A stretch of 20,843 bases of DNA from a virus (IMGVR_UViG_3300024268_000040); one strand, 5' to 3'. Numbered from the stretch's first letter, positions 1 through 10,196 are shown. The notes: generated by a model not told the origin, from the sequence alone. Numbers and translations: made by a program.

Positions 1-3000
1 AACCTGTATCTTCAGCAGTAATCTCTCGATTTAAGTATTTATCAGAAGTACCACCATAGTTGGCATTACAACGAATCTGTAATTGAGAAACTGCGCCCTC
101 ATAAGCATAAGTATCTCCCAACCATTTACTATCAATATAATTAAATCTATTTCTCAAGAATAAATCTCGATGTAATTGACGACTACCCTATAAACAATAG
201 AAGCGCTTACCCTCATCTTTAGATATAGTGCCACTAGTATTAATGTAACCACTAAAAGTAGGAGCAATATATTTCCAATATTGATCAACATTAATAATAT
301 TAACGGGACGATGACCCATCATAGCGTAAGATCCACTTACATTGGCATCATAGTCATAATAACCTTTTAATTTTTCATATTTTAAGCCATTCTTGCGAAT
401 ATCTTGATAGTAAGATTTTGCAGTATCTAAGAAACATTTTTCAAAATTATACCACAATACACTACCTGCGGTAGAGAAAATACCACCTTCGGTATTAACA
501 ATAGGAGATGGTTCGACATCATATTCCCAAGAAGGTACACCTGAATTATTAACACCTAATTGAGTATCAATATCGTAGAAGATAGGATACCAGATATAAT
601 TACCACCGACCTCTTGAGGTCCCCATGTAGCCAACATCATATTCTTACCACGAGAGTCATATAATAGTAACATTTCAGTCATAATAAAATAGATTGCACA
701 ATATTCCTAATCAAACCATTTATCAAATTCATTAGCAAACTTGGCTAAACGATATTCAGCACTGTCTGTCGTATAAGTCTAACCACCAGCAGTATAAGGT
801 TCAATAGGTTCATTGGTTGGTGCCAAAGAATTGGTAGATTCTAACCACTCAGCCACTTTACGTAGGTTATCATATTTACTCAATAAGAAAGTGTTAATTT
901 CAGTCTAAGTTTTATTAGCAAAATCATTTTTCTTATCCAGAGCGTCATCAATATCATCTTCATCAACGTGATAACGATATTCAAAATCATTTAATACAGC
1001 CAATTTACCCTCATCATCTACTTCATCAAAATTAGTGACTGTAAATGATGTGCGGCCGCCTTGGTTATTTAGTAGCTCCCAGCATTCAGCAACATCTTTA
1101 AAAGTTTTGCCTTCAACATAAGGATGAGCAGTTTCATCTTCAAATCCAATAACATTATTACAACCTTTATCAAGATTATAATTGTAACGACCAATAAATT
1201 CATAGCTGCCATCTGCTTTCTTTTGGAAAACAATCATTGGGAAACCATAAACCGTAGTGCGGCGATCAGTTACATCAATATCAGGATCATAATCTTGCAA
1301 AGGATGTTTACTATATAAAGTCTTAACAAAACTAGCATAGCCCGTATTATGAGTCATAGAACTTTCCATATAATCGGCTTTCCAAGTAAATGTAGTTTCA
1401 GAGTAATGATTATCCATATAGAATCCTTTATACTCTACTCCTTCATACTCGTTCTTTTCACCGATTTCTTTACCTGCAAGAGGGCCATCAGTATATTTCC
1501 AAGAATTATCATCCTTCTTCTTGAATTTACCTTTATAATTACGACGAGGATAACCTTGAGAAGATGTTCCTTGAACGTCAAACTCAATATTAGTAGCTGT
1601 ATAACTAGGACATCCCATTAAGTATTGCGCACCAGTAATTAATTTATTTTTATAGGCATAATCCAAAGAAGGGTTGACGAAAGTTACATTAACTTTCTTT
1701 TTACCACCTTTAATATAAGGTAATAAATCCTCGGTTTTATCTACACATTCCAACACTGCATAAGCCTATAATGGACTTTCTGGATGTGCATCATTATAAT
1801 CTCTCATCTTAGTATAACTAATTGATGGGATATTATCTTTAAATTCAATAATTTGGTTCATATCATATAGCTCAGCGCTATTTTGATCGGCAATATAATT
1901 ATGAACCACATCAGCGCTTGATAAAGCAGCCTAATAAATACGAACTTTATATAAATCAACATCACAATAATTTGAGTTAATTACTAAAGTTTTTACGCCA
2001 CTAGCAAAAGAATCACTAGTTTTATCATAATTAATAATAGAACTCATAATGCCATTAATATACATATAAATCAAAGGATATTGATTGGTTGCAGCAGCTT
2101 TTTCAGCAACAAAACTTACAGTTAAAATTTCGTCTTCTTTATAACGACCAGAAGCAATAACCTGCTTAGATTTAAAGAAACCTTCTTGAGTTCCTAAGCA
2201 CATGCCAATTTCATTATCATAATAATTGCACCATACACCGTCAGTAGATTTAACAGTTTTAGTAACTTTAACTTCTACAGTATTGCCTTCTGCGTCTTTA
2301 ATTTCCTCAGAAGTAACCTCAATTAAATTTTCATACTTTTGGACATTTCTTAATTTGAATTGAATTTCAAAAGTTAAGTTAGTATCCAAATCACGAGTAT
2401 TCATAACACTAACAGGAATTTCAATGGAAGCACCATTACTAATTCTTAATACTGAATCCCCAGTAGCCAAATCATTAACCCAACCATTGTTATACCAGTT
2501 AAAATTATTAAACTTAACAACAGACTTTGTTCCATCACTACGTTCAAAGAACCAGGTTTGGCGTTCAGTCTCGTTTTCTGAATTACTTCTACCAACAGAA
2601 GTTAGATTTAAATATAAATCACTAGTTAAAATATCTAAATCTCGTAATTCATCTTCTTCTACATACAAAGATACGCTAGCAGAGGTAGTGCCACACATTA
2701 AAGTAAATGTATTTTCGCCCACCTCATAATTGGAAATATTCCAATTTAACCAGGTAGTTTCACTATGAGCGATATTATCCAAGCTAGCAATCTCATTATT
2801 ATTAATCCATCTACGAATTGAAGTACGATCAGGAGATGCTGGATCATAAACCATATATTGGATATTTAGTTTATCATGGTTAGTAATTTTCTCTGGGACA
2901 TTATTAAACCAAATAACAGGAGCATCATTATTAGGTTCCAAAAAGACAATTTGATAAATCAAAGGTTTTGTTGCAATAGTGGTAACACCAGTCTTATAAG

Positions 3001-3946
3001 ATCACTCAGCCTTCAATGTGTAAACACCATGTTTCTTTTTTGGAATAGTTACAGACATAGATTGTTCATTATCTGTTGCAAGTAAATCCTTACAGGCGCT
3101 CTCTTCCAAAACATCATCAATATATACATTTAATCTTTTCTTTACTGTGCCTACTGGAATAAAATGAAAACTCATATCAGAGTTATAGGCATATTTTAAA
3201 GGATTGAAATTAGAACTTTCTTTTAATGCTAATTCAATACAAGAAATTGAACCATATTGTAGTTGATTGGTACCAGAGTTGCTACCAATTGCCTCTACGA
3301 CTAATGTATTCTAACCTTTACCAAGCACACTACCCAGATCAAAATTATGAGTTTCTCCTGAACGGACAGAAAAGGAATAAGTGTTAGATTGTTCTGTTGC
3401 GACATTGGTAACATGATAATTTAAAATTAAAACAGAATCATGTGAAGCACCGACAGAAAAATGTATAAACTATGGCTATTCAAAAATGTAGGTTTGCGCA
3501 TTGGGAGCAGTACCTTCACAAGCCAATTCTACATATTTACCATCGCCAGTGTCTCCACCGCCGCCACCACCAGAACCCCCTCCGCCGCCAGTTCCACTAA
3601 CAGCAATACGACTACATTTCAAAATACCAGCACTTTTATTATAAGAACGAACTTTATAGAAAGTACCATTAGAATTGATAATTAAGTCGTCTTTTTTAGG
3701 AGAAGCGTCTTGATCTTCTAAATCAGCAAAATAAATGATATAACTTAAATCAGTTAAATCTTGACTAACACTTGCGGCAGTTGCATATAGAACAGAAACT
3801 CCACCACCACCAACTGGAATACGCTCACTCGCGGTATCCAAAAACATTTCACCAGTGTCAGTAGCAAAATATAAATTACCTTCAATAATTGCCTATGCTT
3901 GAATAGTATCACGCTTACCCTAAATAGGAATGAAAGGTGTATTCAT
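1..3946 (-). CDS. Gene J: giant virion-associated protein (>1314 aa, runs off left edge) with N-terminal YFATDTG module, Gly linker, beta-rich region, LamG/ConA-like domain and CotH-kinase-like domain; interrupted by one in-frame TGA at 3002-3004
   Basis: ATG at 3944-3946 with SD AAAGGAGA (3956-3963). One frame joins track ORFs 3476-3847, 1931-2962, 905-1756 and 188-682 via 11 TAG (3920, 3893, 3476, 3470, 3311, 1931, 1766, 905, 779, 707, 188). CotH-like motifs: VQGTSSQGYPRRNYKGKF (1523-1576), WKADYMESS, YDSRGKNMML, WYPIFYDIDTQLG (554-592). LamG-like ending: LIYMYING...DVDLYKVRIY. Domain names are from motif recall. Confidence 0.8.
3002..3004 (-). other. Isolated in-frame TGA at codon 315 of gene J (nonsense allele, sequence error or readthrough site)
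   Basis: Minus strand reads GCT GAG TGA TCT TAT AAG (…HGVYTLKAE*SYKTGVTTIATKPLIYQIVF…). The same frame stays open for about 1000 codons downstream, and there is no SD plus start codon after the TGA. Confidence 0.85.
3554..3598 (-). repeat. Gly-rich low-complexity linker (SGTGGGGGSGGGGGG) in gene J
   Basis: Direct translation; plus strand tccaccgccgccaccaccagaaccccctccgccgccagttccact. Confidence 0.9.
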
Positions 3947-3955
3947 ATGAAGTGT

Positions 3956-3963
3956 TCTCCTTT
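3956..3963 (-). promoter_or_regulatory. Shine-Dalgarno site of gene J
   Basis: AAAGGAGA 9 nt upstream of ATG 3946. Confidence 0.8.
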
Positions 3964-3991
3964 CTCTCAAATAATTTTTTTTGTATAAAAG

Positions 3992-4025
3992 AAAAAAGGG
4001 ACGAAAGAGATAACTCTTTCGCCCC
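3992..4025 (-). terminator. Rho-independent terminator between genes I and J
   Basis: Minus strand GGGGCGAAAGAG-TTAT-CTCTTTCGTCCC-TTTTTT: 12-bp stem with one G-U pair, 4-nt loop and U6 tract. Confidence 0.85.
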
Positions 4026-4032
4026 TTAAGCC

Positions 4033-4062
4033 TTTATATTTTATCTCTCATAGAGATTTCAA
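4033..4062 (-). promoter_or_regulatory. Possible sigmaA/sigma70-like promoter (TTGAAA-N18-TATAAA)
   Basis: -35 at 4062-4057 and -10 at 4038-4033. The AT-rich context makes a chance match possible. Confidence 0.25.
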
Positions 4063-4066
4063 TTTT

Positions 4067-4095
4067 TTTATAAATTAATGATTATTTTTTGTCCA
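4067..4095 (-). promoter_or_regulatory. Possible sigmaA/sigma70-like promoter (TGGACA-N17-TATAAA)
   Basis: -35 at 4095-4090 (5/6 match), 17-nt spacer, -10 at 4072-4067 (5/6 match), directly after the gene I stop codon. Confidence 0.4.
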
Positions 4096-4096
4096 A

Positions 4097-6463
4097 TTAA
4101 GTAGCTGGATCAAAACTATCCCAAACCATATTAATGGTCATAGTGTTGCCAGAAGCCTCAATAGTCAAATTAGAAGAAGCAGAAGTCACAGTAATCTGAC
4201 CTAAGTCACCTGCAGTACCATTACCATTCAAAGAAGTTAAGTTAATATTGGCAGAAGCTGTACCAGCAACATCAGCTACACTCAACTTACCCTGCAATTC
4301 TGCCTTATAACCAGACTGAACATGGACCCACTCAATATCAGCAGCGGCCAAAACACCCTCAGTTTCAACAGCGTCTTCTTTAGCAGTGGCAATTAACAAA
4401 TCACCAGCATAGCACTTTACTGCAGCAGTACTAGAATTATTGTCCAAATCCAGATTTAAAGCTAAATTAGATTCAGCAACAACATAAGTGTCACCAATAT
4501 GAGCATCTTTTACTTTTACAGCATCCCACTCATCAGCAGTAGAAATACCATCAATATAAGTTAAAGAATTAGCTGCATTAATTTTTCTTTCAATTTCAGC
4601 ATTTAAATCAGTTCTTAATTGAGTATCAGCAGCTTCGCGATCTTCAATTTCTTTATCAAGATCAGCCTGCTTAGCATAAGTAGAAGCAGCATTCTGCAAA
4701 GCAAGAATATCAGTACCATGAGTCTTAATAGTACCCTCAGCAGTACTTAAACGAGATTCTACATTAGCATTAGTAGTAGCCTGATCAGAATCCACTTTCT
4801 TCAAAGCATCAATTTCATCATTGATATCATTGATTGCGCCCTCATTGGCAGCGGCTTTAGCAGCAGCACCATCAGCAACACCACTTACTGCGCTAATCTC
4901 ATTAGCATTTGCAAGAGTCTTTTCATCGACTTCTTTAATAGCACCATAAACAGTAGAACCAGCAGTGCCCTTAGTGCCAATATTTTGATTAATTAAATCA
5001 ATAGCAGCAGCATTGTTAGCAGTCTCTGCATATAAACCAGAAGCAGCAGTGCTTCCAGACTTTGGAGCACCAACGGCAGTTTCTAAATTACCAACCTTAG
5101 TACTCAAACCATTAACAGTACTTTGATCAGCCTTGCCGCTTAAAGTGTTATTAATAGTAACAATATCAGCCTTAGCTTGATTTGCAACAGTCTCAGTAGC
5201 CTTCAAACGGCCCTTAATACTATCAGCTTTTTCATCATTACCAATAGCATTTTCATTAGCTTGTACTCGGCCTTCTAAAGCTTCGATATCAGCATCAACT
5301 AAAGTGTCTTTTGCTTGTAATTGAGCAATATCATATTTTACTGTACCTGCGGTATTGGCATCACCAATCGCACCATTAGCAGCAGCTGCAGAATTGGCAG
5401 CATTTAAAATATCTTGTCTAATAGTTGGTAATTCATCATTAATTGCTTTTACATCAGCTTTAATCTCGGTATCAGCATTCTCTAACTTTTGAATTCTAGT
5501 TTCATGATCAGTCTTGGCAGTTTCCAAAGGAGTCAAACGACTCTTTACGCCAGCCAAGCCATCTTCTCCCTGCAAAGCCTCAATAGCTGCATTAGTAGTG
5601 GTATCAGCAGCCTTTAACTTAACAATATCCTCAGCATTAGTGTTTGCTTTATTTTCTACTGCAGTAGTTCTAGAAGCCAAGCCATCAATGCGACTATTAG
5701 CAGTAGCGATGCTACCGTTTTCACCATCAATAGCGTCCAAACGAGTCTCATGGTCGTCTACACTATCCTGTAAGCTATTTAACCAAGGATAAACAGCAGC
5801 CTCACCTTCAGCACGAGTGCCCATGTTGGTTTCTAATGTAGTAACACGACCCTCATGATCTAAGATATCAGTAGCAGCATCAGTTTTCCAAGACTCTAAA
5901 GCTTCAATACGGTCAACCAAACCACCTTCATCATCTAAGCGGCCAACTAAAGTATTTAACTGCTCAGTCAAAGAGGCGCCTTCGCCACTTCCTAGACCTG
6001 TTAATTCATTTAATGCATCGACAGCATCTTGCAAATCTCTCAACCATACAAAAGCAGCTTTTTCGTCAGTTTCCTTGGTACCAACTTCGCCGCGCAAACC
6101 ACTAATAGCATTAGCATTAGCAGTAATGTTGCCAGACAATTCAGCAGATTTAGCAGTAAATTCTGCTGCAGTAACGTTAATAACCAAGAACTTATCTGTA
6201 GAATCATCCCAACGGATTAAAGCACCCTGATCCGCAATGTAATAAATTACATCAGTAGAATAAGGTGGCTTAGTTGCTTCAGCAAAAGCAGTAGTACTTT
6301 CATAGAACTGAACAACACCTTGAATTCTCTTAGGAGCTTTTTCTGCGTCTACGCCTAAATATAAAGAGCCCTCATCTTTAGTGAAATAAATTGCACCAAC
6401 TTCAGAAGTAGTCATTTTGACTAGATTTTCATGAGAACCCCATTTAAAATTCAAATTAGCCAT
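4097..6463 (-). CDS. Gene I: 788-aa long coiled-coil fibre-like virion protein
   Basis: Intact in either code (no TAG). SD AAAGGAGAG at 6471-6479, ends TAA. N-terminal FKWG…GAIYFTKDEGSLYLG module, then about 500 aa of Ala-rich heptads (RIEALE, RVTTLE, RLDAID, RLTPLE, RIQKLE) and a short beta-rich C-terminus. Confidence 0.85.
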   Translation of the reverse strand: MANLNFKWGSHENLVKMTTSEVGAIYFTKDEGSLYLGVDAEKAPKRIQGVVQFYESTTAFAEATKPPYSTDVIYYIADQGALIRWDDSTDKFLVINVTAAEFTAKSAELSGNITANANAISGLRGEVGTKETDEKAAFVWLRDLQDAVDALNELTGLGSGEGASLTEQLNTLVGRLDDEGGLVDRIEALESWKTDAATDILDHEGRVTTLETNMGTRAEGEAAVYPWLNSLQDSVDDHETRLDAIDGENGSIATANSRIDGLASRTTAVENKANTNAEDIVKLKAADTTTNAAIEALQGEDGLAGVKSRLTPLETAKTDHETRIQKLENADTEIKADVKAINDELPTIRQDILNAANSAAAANGAIGDANTAGTVKYDIAQLQAKDTLVDADIEALEGRVQANENAIGNDEKADSIKGRLKATETVANQAKADIVTINNTLSGKADQSTVNGLSTKVGNLETAVGAPKSGSTAASGLYAETANNAAAIDLINQNIGTKGTAGSTVYGAIKEVDEKTLANANEISAVSGVADGAAAKAAANEGAINDINDEIDALKKVDSDQATTNANVESRLSTAEGTIKTHGTDILALQNAASTYAKQADLDKEIEDREAADTQLRTDLNAEIERKINAANSLTYIDGISTADEWDAVKVKDAHIGDTYVVAESNLALNLDLDNNSSTAAVKCYAGDLLIATAKEDAVETEGVLAAADIEWVHVQSGYKAELQGKLSVADVAGTASANINLTSLNGNGTAGDLGQITVTSASSNLTIEASGNTMTINMVWDSFDPAT

Positions 6464-6483
6464 TATATTACTCTCCTTTTAAA

Positions 6484-7842
6484 TTAATTAGTTAATCCGT
6501 GCCAAGTTAAACGATCTTCAATTGCTGTAAATCTATTATTAGCAGCGGATACGTGATCATTAATAGAAGTTTCTAAAGCACTTACTTTACTGCTCACCGC
6601 AGTGACAGTAGAAGCATCAGCTTTAAGTGCTAAAACCTCATCAAGACCAGTAACTTTTGAATAATCAATTGCCTTAATAGACAAATGACCATCTTCAACA
6701 TTTAATTGATTAGTGTCAACGGTTTTAATAAACAAAGCATCTAATAGCTTATTATACATTTCATCAGTTAAATTGTTTTCAGAAAGTCCAGGGGTGGTAG
6801 CAGCATTTTTATTTAACCAATCCTCCAAGCCTTGAACATTCTCAACATTAACTGTACCAGAAATACCAACATTACCAGTCTCTTCATCAATAACTAGCTT
6901 TGCTAATTTTCCCTAATCAGTAGGACTTAATAAAGTCCAACCTTCGATCTTATCAACCTTACTATTTAAAGTATCTTGTAACCCAGTAACTTTATTGATA
7001 GTAAAAGGTTTTAAAGTTAATTGTCTATCAATACCTTCTTCACTAACAACTTCAAAATCATTAGATACAGAATTGATAATATTTTTTTCTGCATTTACAT
7101 TAACAGCTTCTAATTTTTCAGCTTCAGCAGCTGTAATTAAACGTTCACCATCCGCTTTATCAACCTTTTTGTTTAAGTCACTCTTCTTAGCATAATCAGT
7201 TAAATCGACTTCCCAAGAACCAACTTTTTCAACCACTTGAGTACCAGCAATGGTGACAACCATATACTCATCATACTTATCAGTATCAAAAATTTCATCG
7301 GCAGGTACCATAAAAATATATTGTTCAGCATCAGCATTTTCAGCCATATACTGTTCAATATCTGCTACACTACCAACAATCTTTCTCTTTAAATGAGCAG
7401 CTGCCGCAATCTTCGCGTCGGTTTCAGCCTTAGTATAAGCATCAACAGGAGCTTTCCAAGAGATTGAGCCATCAGATGCAACAGTTAATACCGTACCTGC
7501 GGCCGCTCCTTCTAATCCCTTTAAACTTAGTTCGCCAGTTTCAGAATCAACTACAAAAGCTTTATCATCAATAACTAAAACGAACTCTTCTACAGACTCC
7601 CCCGCAATAGGAGCTAAACTATTATCGGGCTGAATTACATATAAAGTAGCTTTATTATCTTCAACTACTACTAAAGTCTGACCATAATAATAAACAGACT
7701 CAGAGCTTCCAACCTCTTTTGCCAATGCTGCAGCACTAAGCGCAGCATCATAACTTTCAAAATAGCTTCGTGCATCAAGAGGGAAAGCGGAAGTAGGATT
7801 AAAAGCTACAGAGCGATTGCCCTTACCAAAGTTCATAGCCAT
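6484..7842 (-). CDS. Gene H: 452-aa tail-fibre-like protein with phage-tail-repeat (PTR-like) motifs
   Basis: Joins track ORFs 6913-7842 and 6484-6828 through one TAG (6913). Perfect SD TAAGGAGGT at 7851-7859, ends TAA. Motifs FPLDARSYF…YYYGQ, HLKRKIV…DKYDEY…VDLTDYAKK, KVDK, KVTGLQD. Confidence 0.85.
6616..6999 (-). repeat. Three degenerate PTR-like repeats in gene H
   Basis: INKVTGLQDTLNSKVDK (6949-6999), VNVENVQGLEDWLNK (about 6811-6855), SKVTGLDEVLALKAD (about 6616-6660). Confidence 0.65.
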
Positions 7843-7850
7843 AAATCTTT

Positions 7851-7859
7851 ACCTCCTTA
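7851..7859 (-). promoter_or_regulatory. Shine-Dalgarno site of gene H
   Basis: TAAGGAGGT, a 9-nt perfect complement of the 16S anti-SD, 8 nt upstream of ATG 7842. Confidence 0.9.
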
Positions 7860-9320
7860 TTAAATAGTAGCAGTAAATACATTTGCTGCATCGTAAGGAT
7901 TTGCAAAATCCATTACATAAACCTTATAATCAATAGCGCTGTGATGATCTGCGCCTTCAACTGCAATAATTTGAGGTTCGCCAAAACCAGATACAATATT
8001 CGCGTTAGAGTCGTTCTTATCCAAAACACTTGTTAAATCTTGAATAGTTGCTTCATAAGCAATAACAACTCTCATTGTTCCTACTGGAATATTAACAGTC
8101 ATAACTGAACCTGCAGTTACATCGGCATTAGTTTTATTTAAACCTCTGATAATATCAGAAGTTAAAGTATTCTTTTCAGTCAAAGTTCCATAGAAAGCAT
8201 TGCGATAACCTTTTACTGCATCAGTAACTAAATCAATAGTGCCGGCCGCAATCTTTTTACTTTCTACTGGATTTCCTAAATTGGAAACAGGAACAGCACC
8301 CTCAGTATAGCTAACAGTAGCACTGATTTTATACTCAGTAGTATCATCTACAATAAAAGTAGATAATTTACCAGATGCCACATCATTAGATCCACCATTG
8401 GTGTCGGTTACAGCATATGTTGCAGTAATACCTGTGTCAGGGCCATAAGTATATTTGCCTTTACTAAAAGTAATAGCATAACTTGGCTCATAGGAAGTTC
8501 CAGCCTCAACACTAGCAGCACTCTACAAAGCAATAGATGCACTAGGTTTAGTAGCGGATGGATTCTGCTCAGCTGCGAATAAGCCTGCAAAAAATTCTTT
8601 CAAATTTTTGCCTGCTGCTTTTACAGTGGTACTACCAGAAGAAGGAATGGTTACAGTGCCTAATGCTTTAGTGAAAATAAAATCTTCATCAAAGTAGACA
8701 TTTTCAGCATTATAATTACCATCCATCGCCGCCCATTCTAAACCGTCATAAACGTAGGCAGTATGTTGATAATTACCTTCGACAATAATATCTTTAACGA
8801 TTGCTATGTCGCCAATTGCCAAAGTCTTTCCAGTAGTGTTGCTACCAATTAATTCAATATGATCAACATTATCAACATTCTCTAACTCAAACACTTGAGC
8901 TGTAATGGCCACCCATTTACCATCACTACGTAAATAGCGATTTACATCTCCGGCGGCGGGGGCTGGAACAAGACCAGCTTGTCCATCAGAAGTTGAATTA
9001 GCTCCAATCATAACGCTAATGGCTTCTGCTAAAGGCTTATTTACCCAAGCGCCATTAGTGCCTGCGGAAGGATCATAAATCAATAGATCTTTATTAGCAA
9101 GACCTGCATTGATAACAACGTCGCTTAATTTAGCTAATGAAGTAGCACCAATAGATTCATCATTGGCACCGCTTGAAATTAACTTAGAACCTAAATACAA
9201 ATCAGCTGTTGAAGCATCATTATCATAAATAAAATACAAAGTATCTAATTCAAGCTGATCTTTTGGTAATGCTTTAAAAGCTTCAGTTGTACCTCGTCTA
9301 AATTTTACATAATTAGCCAA
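7860..9320 (-). CDS. Gene G: 486-aa fibre/appendage-like virion protein
   Basis: TTG start with SD AAGGGAG (9329-9335). Joins track ORFs 8523-9320 and 7860-8381 via one TAG (8523), ends TAA. N-terminal KFRRGT…LYF…LYLG module, fibre motifs LAKLSDVVI…LIYD…WVN and GLVPAPAAG…YLRSDGKW, and a beta-rich C-terminal half. Confidence 0.85.
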
Positions 9321-9380
9321 AATAATCTCTCCCTTCTTTTCAAAATTATTATATATAAACTTCCCTCAAAAAGAAAGAAA

Positions 9381-10196
9381 TTATACTAAAGAATTAACTT
9401 TTTCTTCAAGAGTTTTTACTTGCTCTTGTAAGGATTTAATATTTTCAGATAATAAACCAGTGGTTTGAACTAAGCCCTAAATACTAGCAGACAACGTACC
9501 AATTTGAGCTTCAGTATAATCTTTTAGATTTAAAATTGACTATGTTAATGTAATATCTTCATCTTCTAAAAGGATTCGAAATGAATCTACATTGCCAATA
9601 ATTTCACTAATTGATTCATCACTATCATCAGTTACTAAACTAAAATCCCCAATGGTATCATCTAAAGTATTAACCTAATCATTTAATTTATTAATACTTT
9701 GAGCATTGTCTTTAATTTCTTTATTCATTGTACTAGTAACTTCTTCAAGCTCATCTACAGCAGTTTCCAAATTATCAATATCACTAATAATATCAATAAC
9801 GGGCATGCGATAATAAACTGCTTCATTAGAAGCGGGTAAAATATGTCCCGCTTCATCATATTGAATAATAGGAACTTTAAAATAATCTCCAGAAGCCAAT
9901 TCAGTAACTGAAGATGGCGCTGGAGGAGATTCACTTTTTTCAATCCCCTAAATAATAGTTGGGGTTATAGTATTTGGTAAACTATGCCAAATTTTACAAC
10001 CTTCATTATCAGGCTAAATTTGAATCCATCGGTTACCACTATCAATACCAAAGACACCTGTGCGGCTATCGGCCTCGAGAGAGCCATTAGATGGCTTATT
10101 AGTTAAAAATTGTTTTGAATCCCAACCGGAATTTTTAAATAAAATTTTTGCAAAAGATTGCGCAACTTGATAATATATAGAACCATAAAAACTCAT
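9381..10196 (-). CDS. Gene F: 271-aa hypothetical structural-module protein with acidic/coiled-coil C-terminal half
   Basis: ATG 10196 with SD GGAGGT (10203-10208), ATGA-overlapped with the gene E stop. Joins 10014-10196 and 9675-9899 through 5 TAG (10014, 9948, 9675, 9540, 9477), ends TAA 9381. Confidence 0.8.

Noticed and set aside
2970-3004. Selenocysteine at the gene J TGA (mini-hairpin TGGT-GTT-ACCA begins 11 nt downstream)
   Set aside because: The stem is only 4 bp, there is no Cys/redox motif around the codon, and the protein is structural. Such a hairpin is expected by chance.
1124-7195. Plus-strand track ORFs 1124-1318, 1349-1621, 2424-2729, 2876-3085, 3461-3685, 5514-5792, 6029-6220, 6995-7195
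   Set aside because: Short antisense shadows of genes J, I and H. They have no protein-like motifs, and the opposite strand is fully coding.
9348-9376. Perfect TATAAT (9353-9348) upstream of gene G as a sigmaA promoter
   Set aside because: The -35 position at 17-nt spacing reads TTTCTT, TTGAGG is only 10 nt away, and there is no extended -10 TG. It is not separable from AT-rich background, though a phage-specific promoter cannot be excluded.
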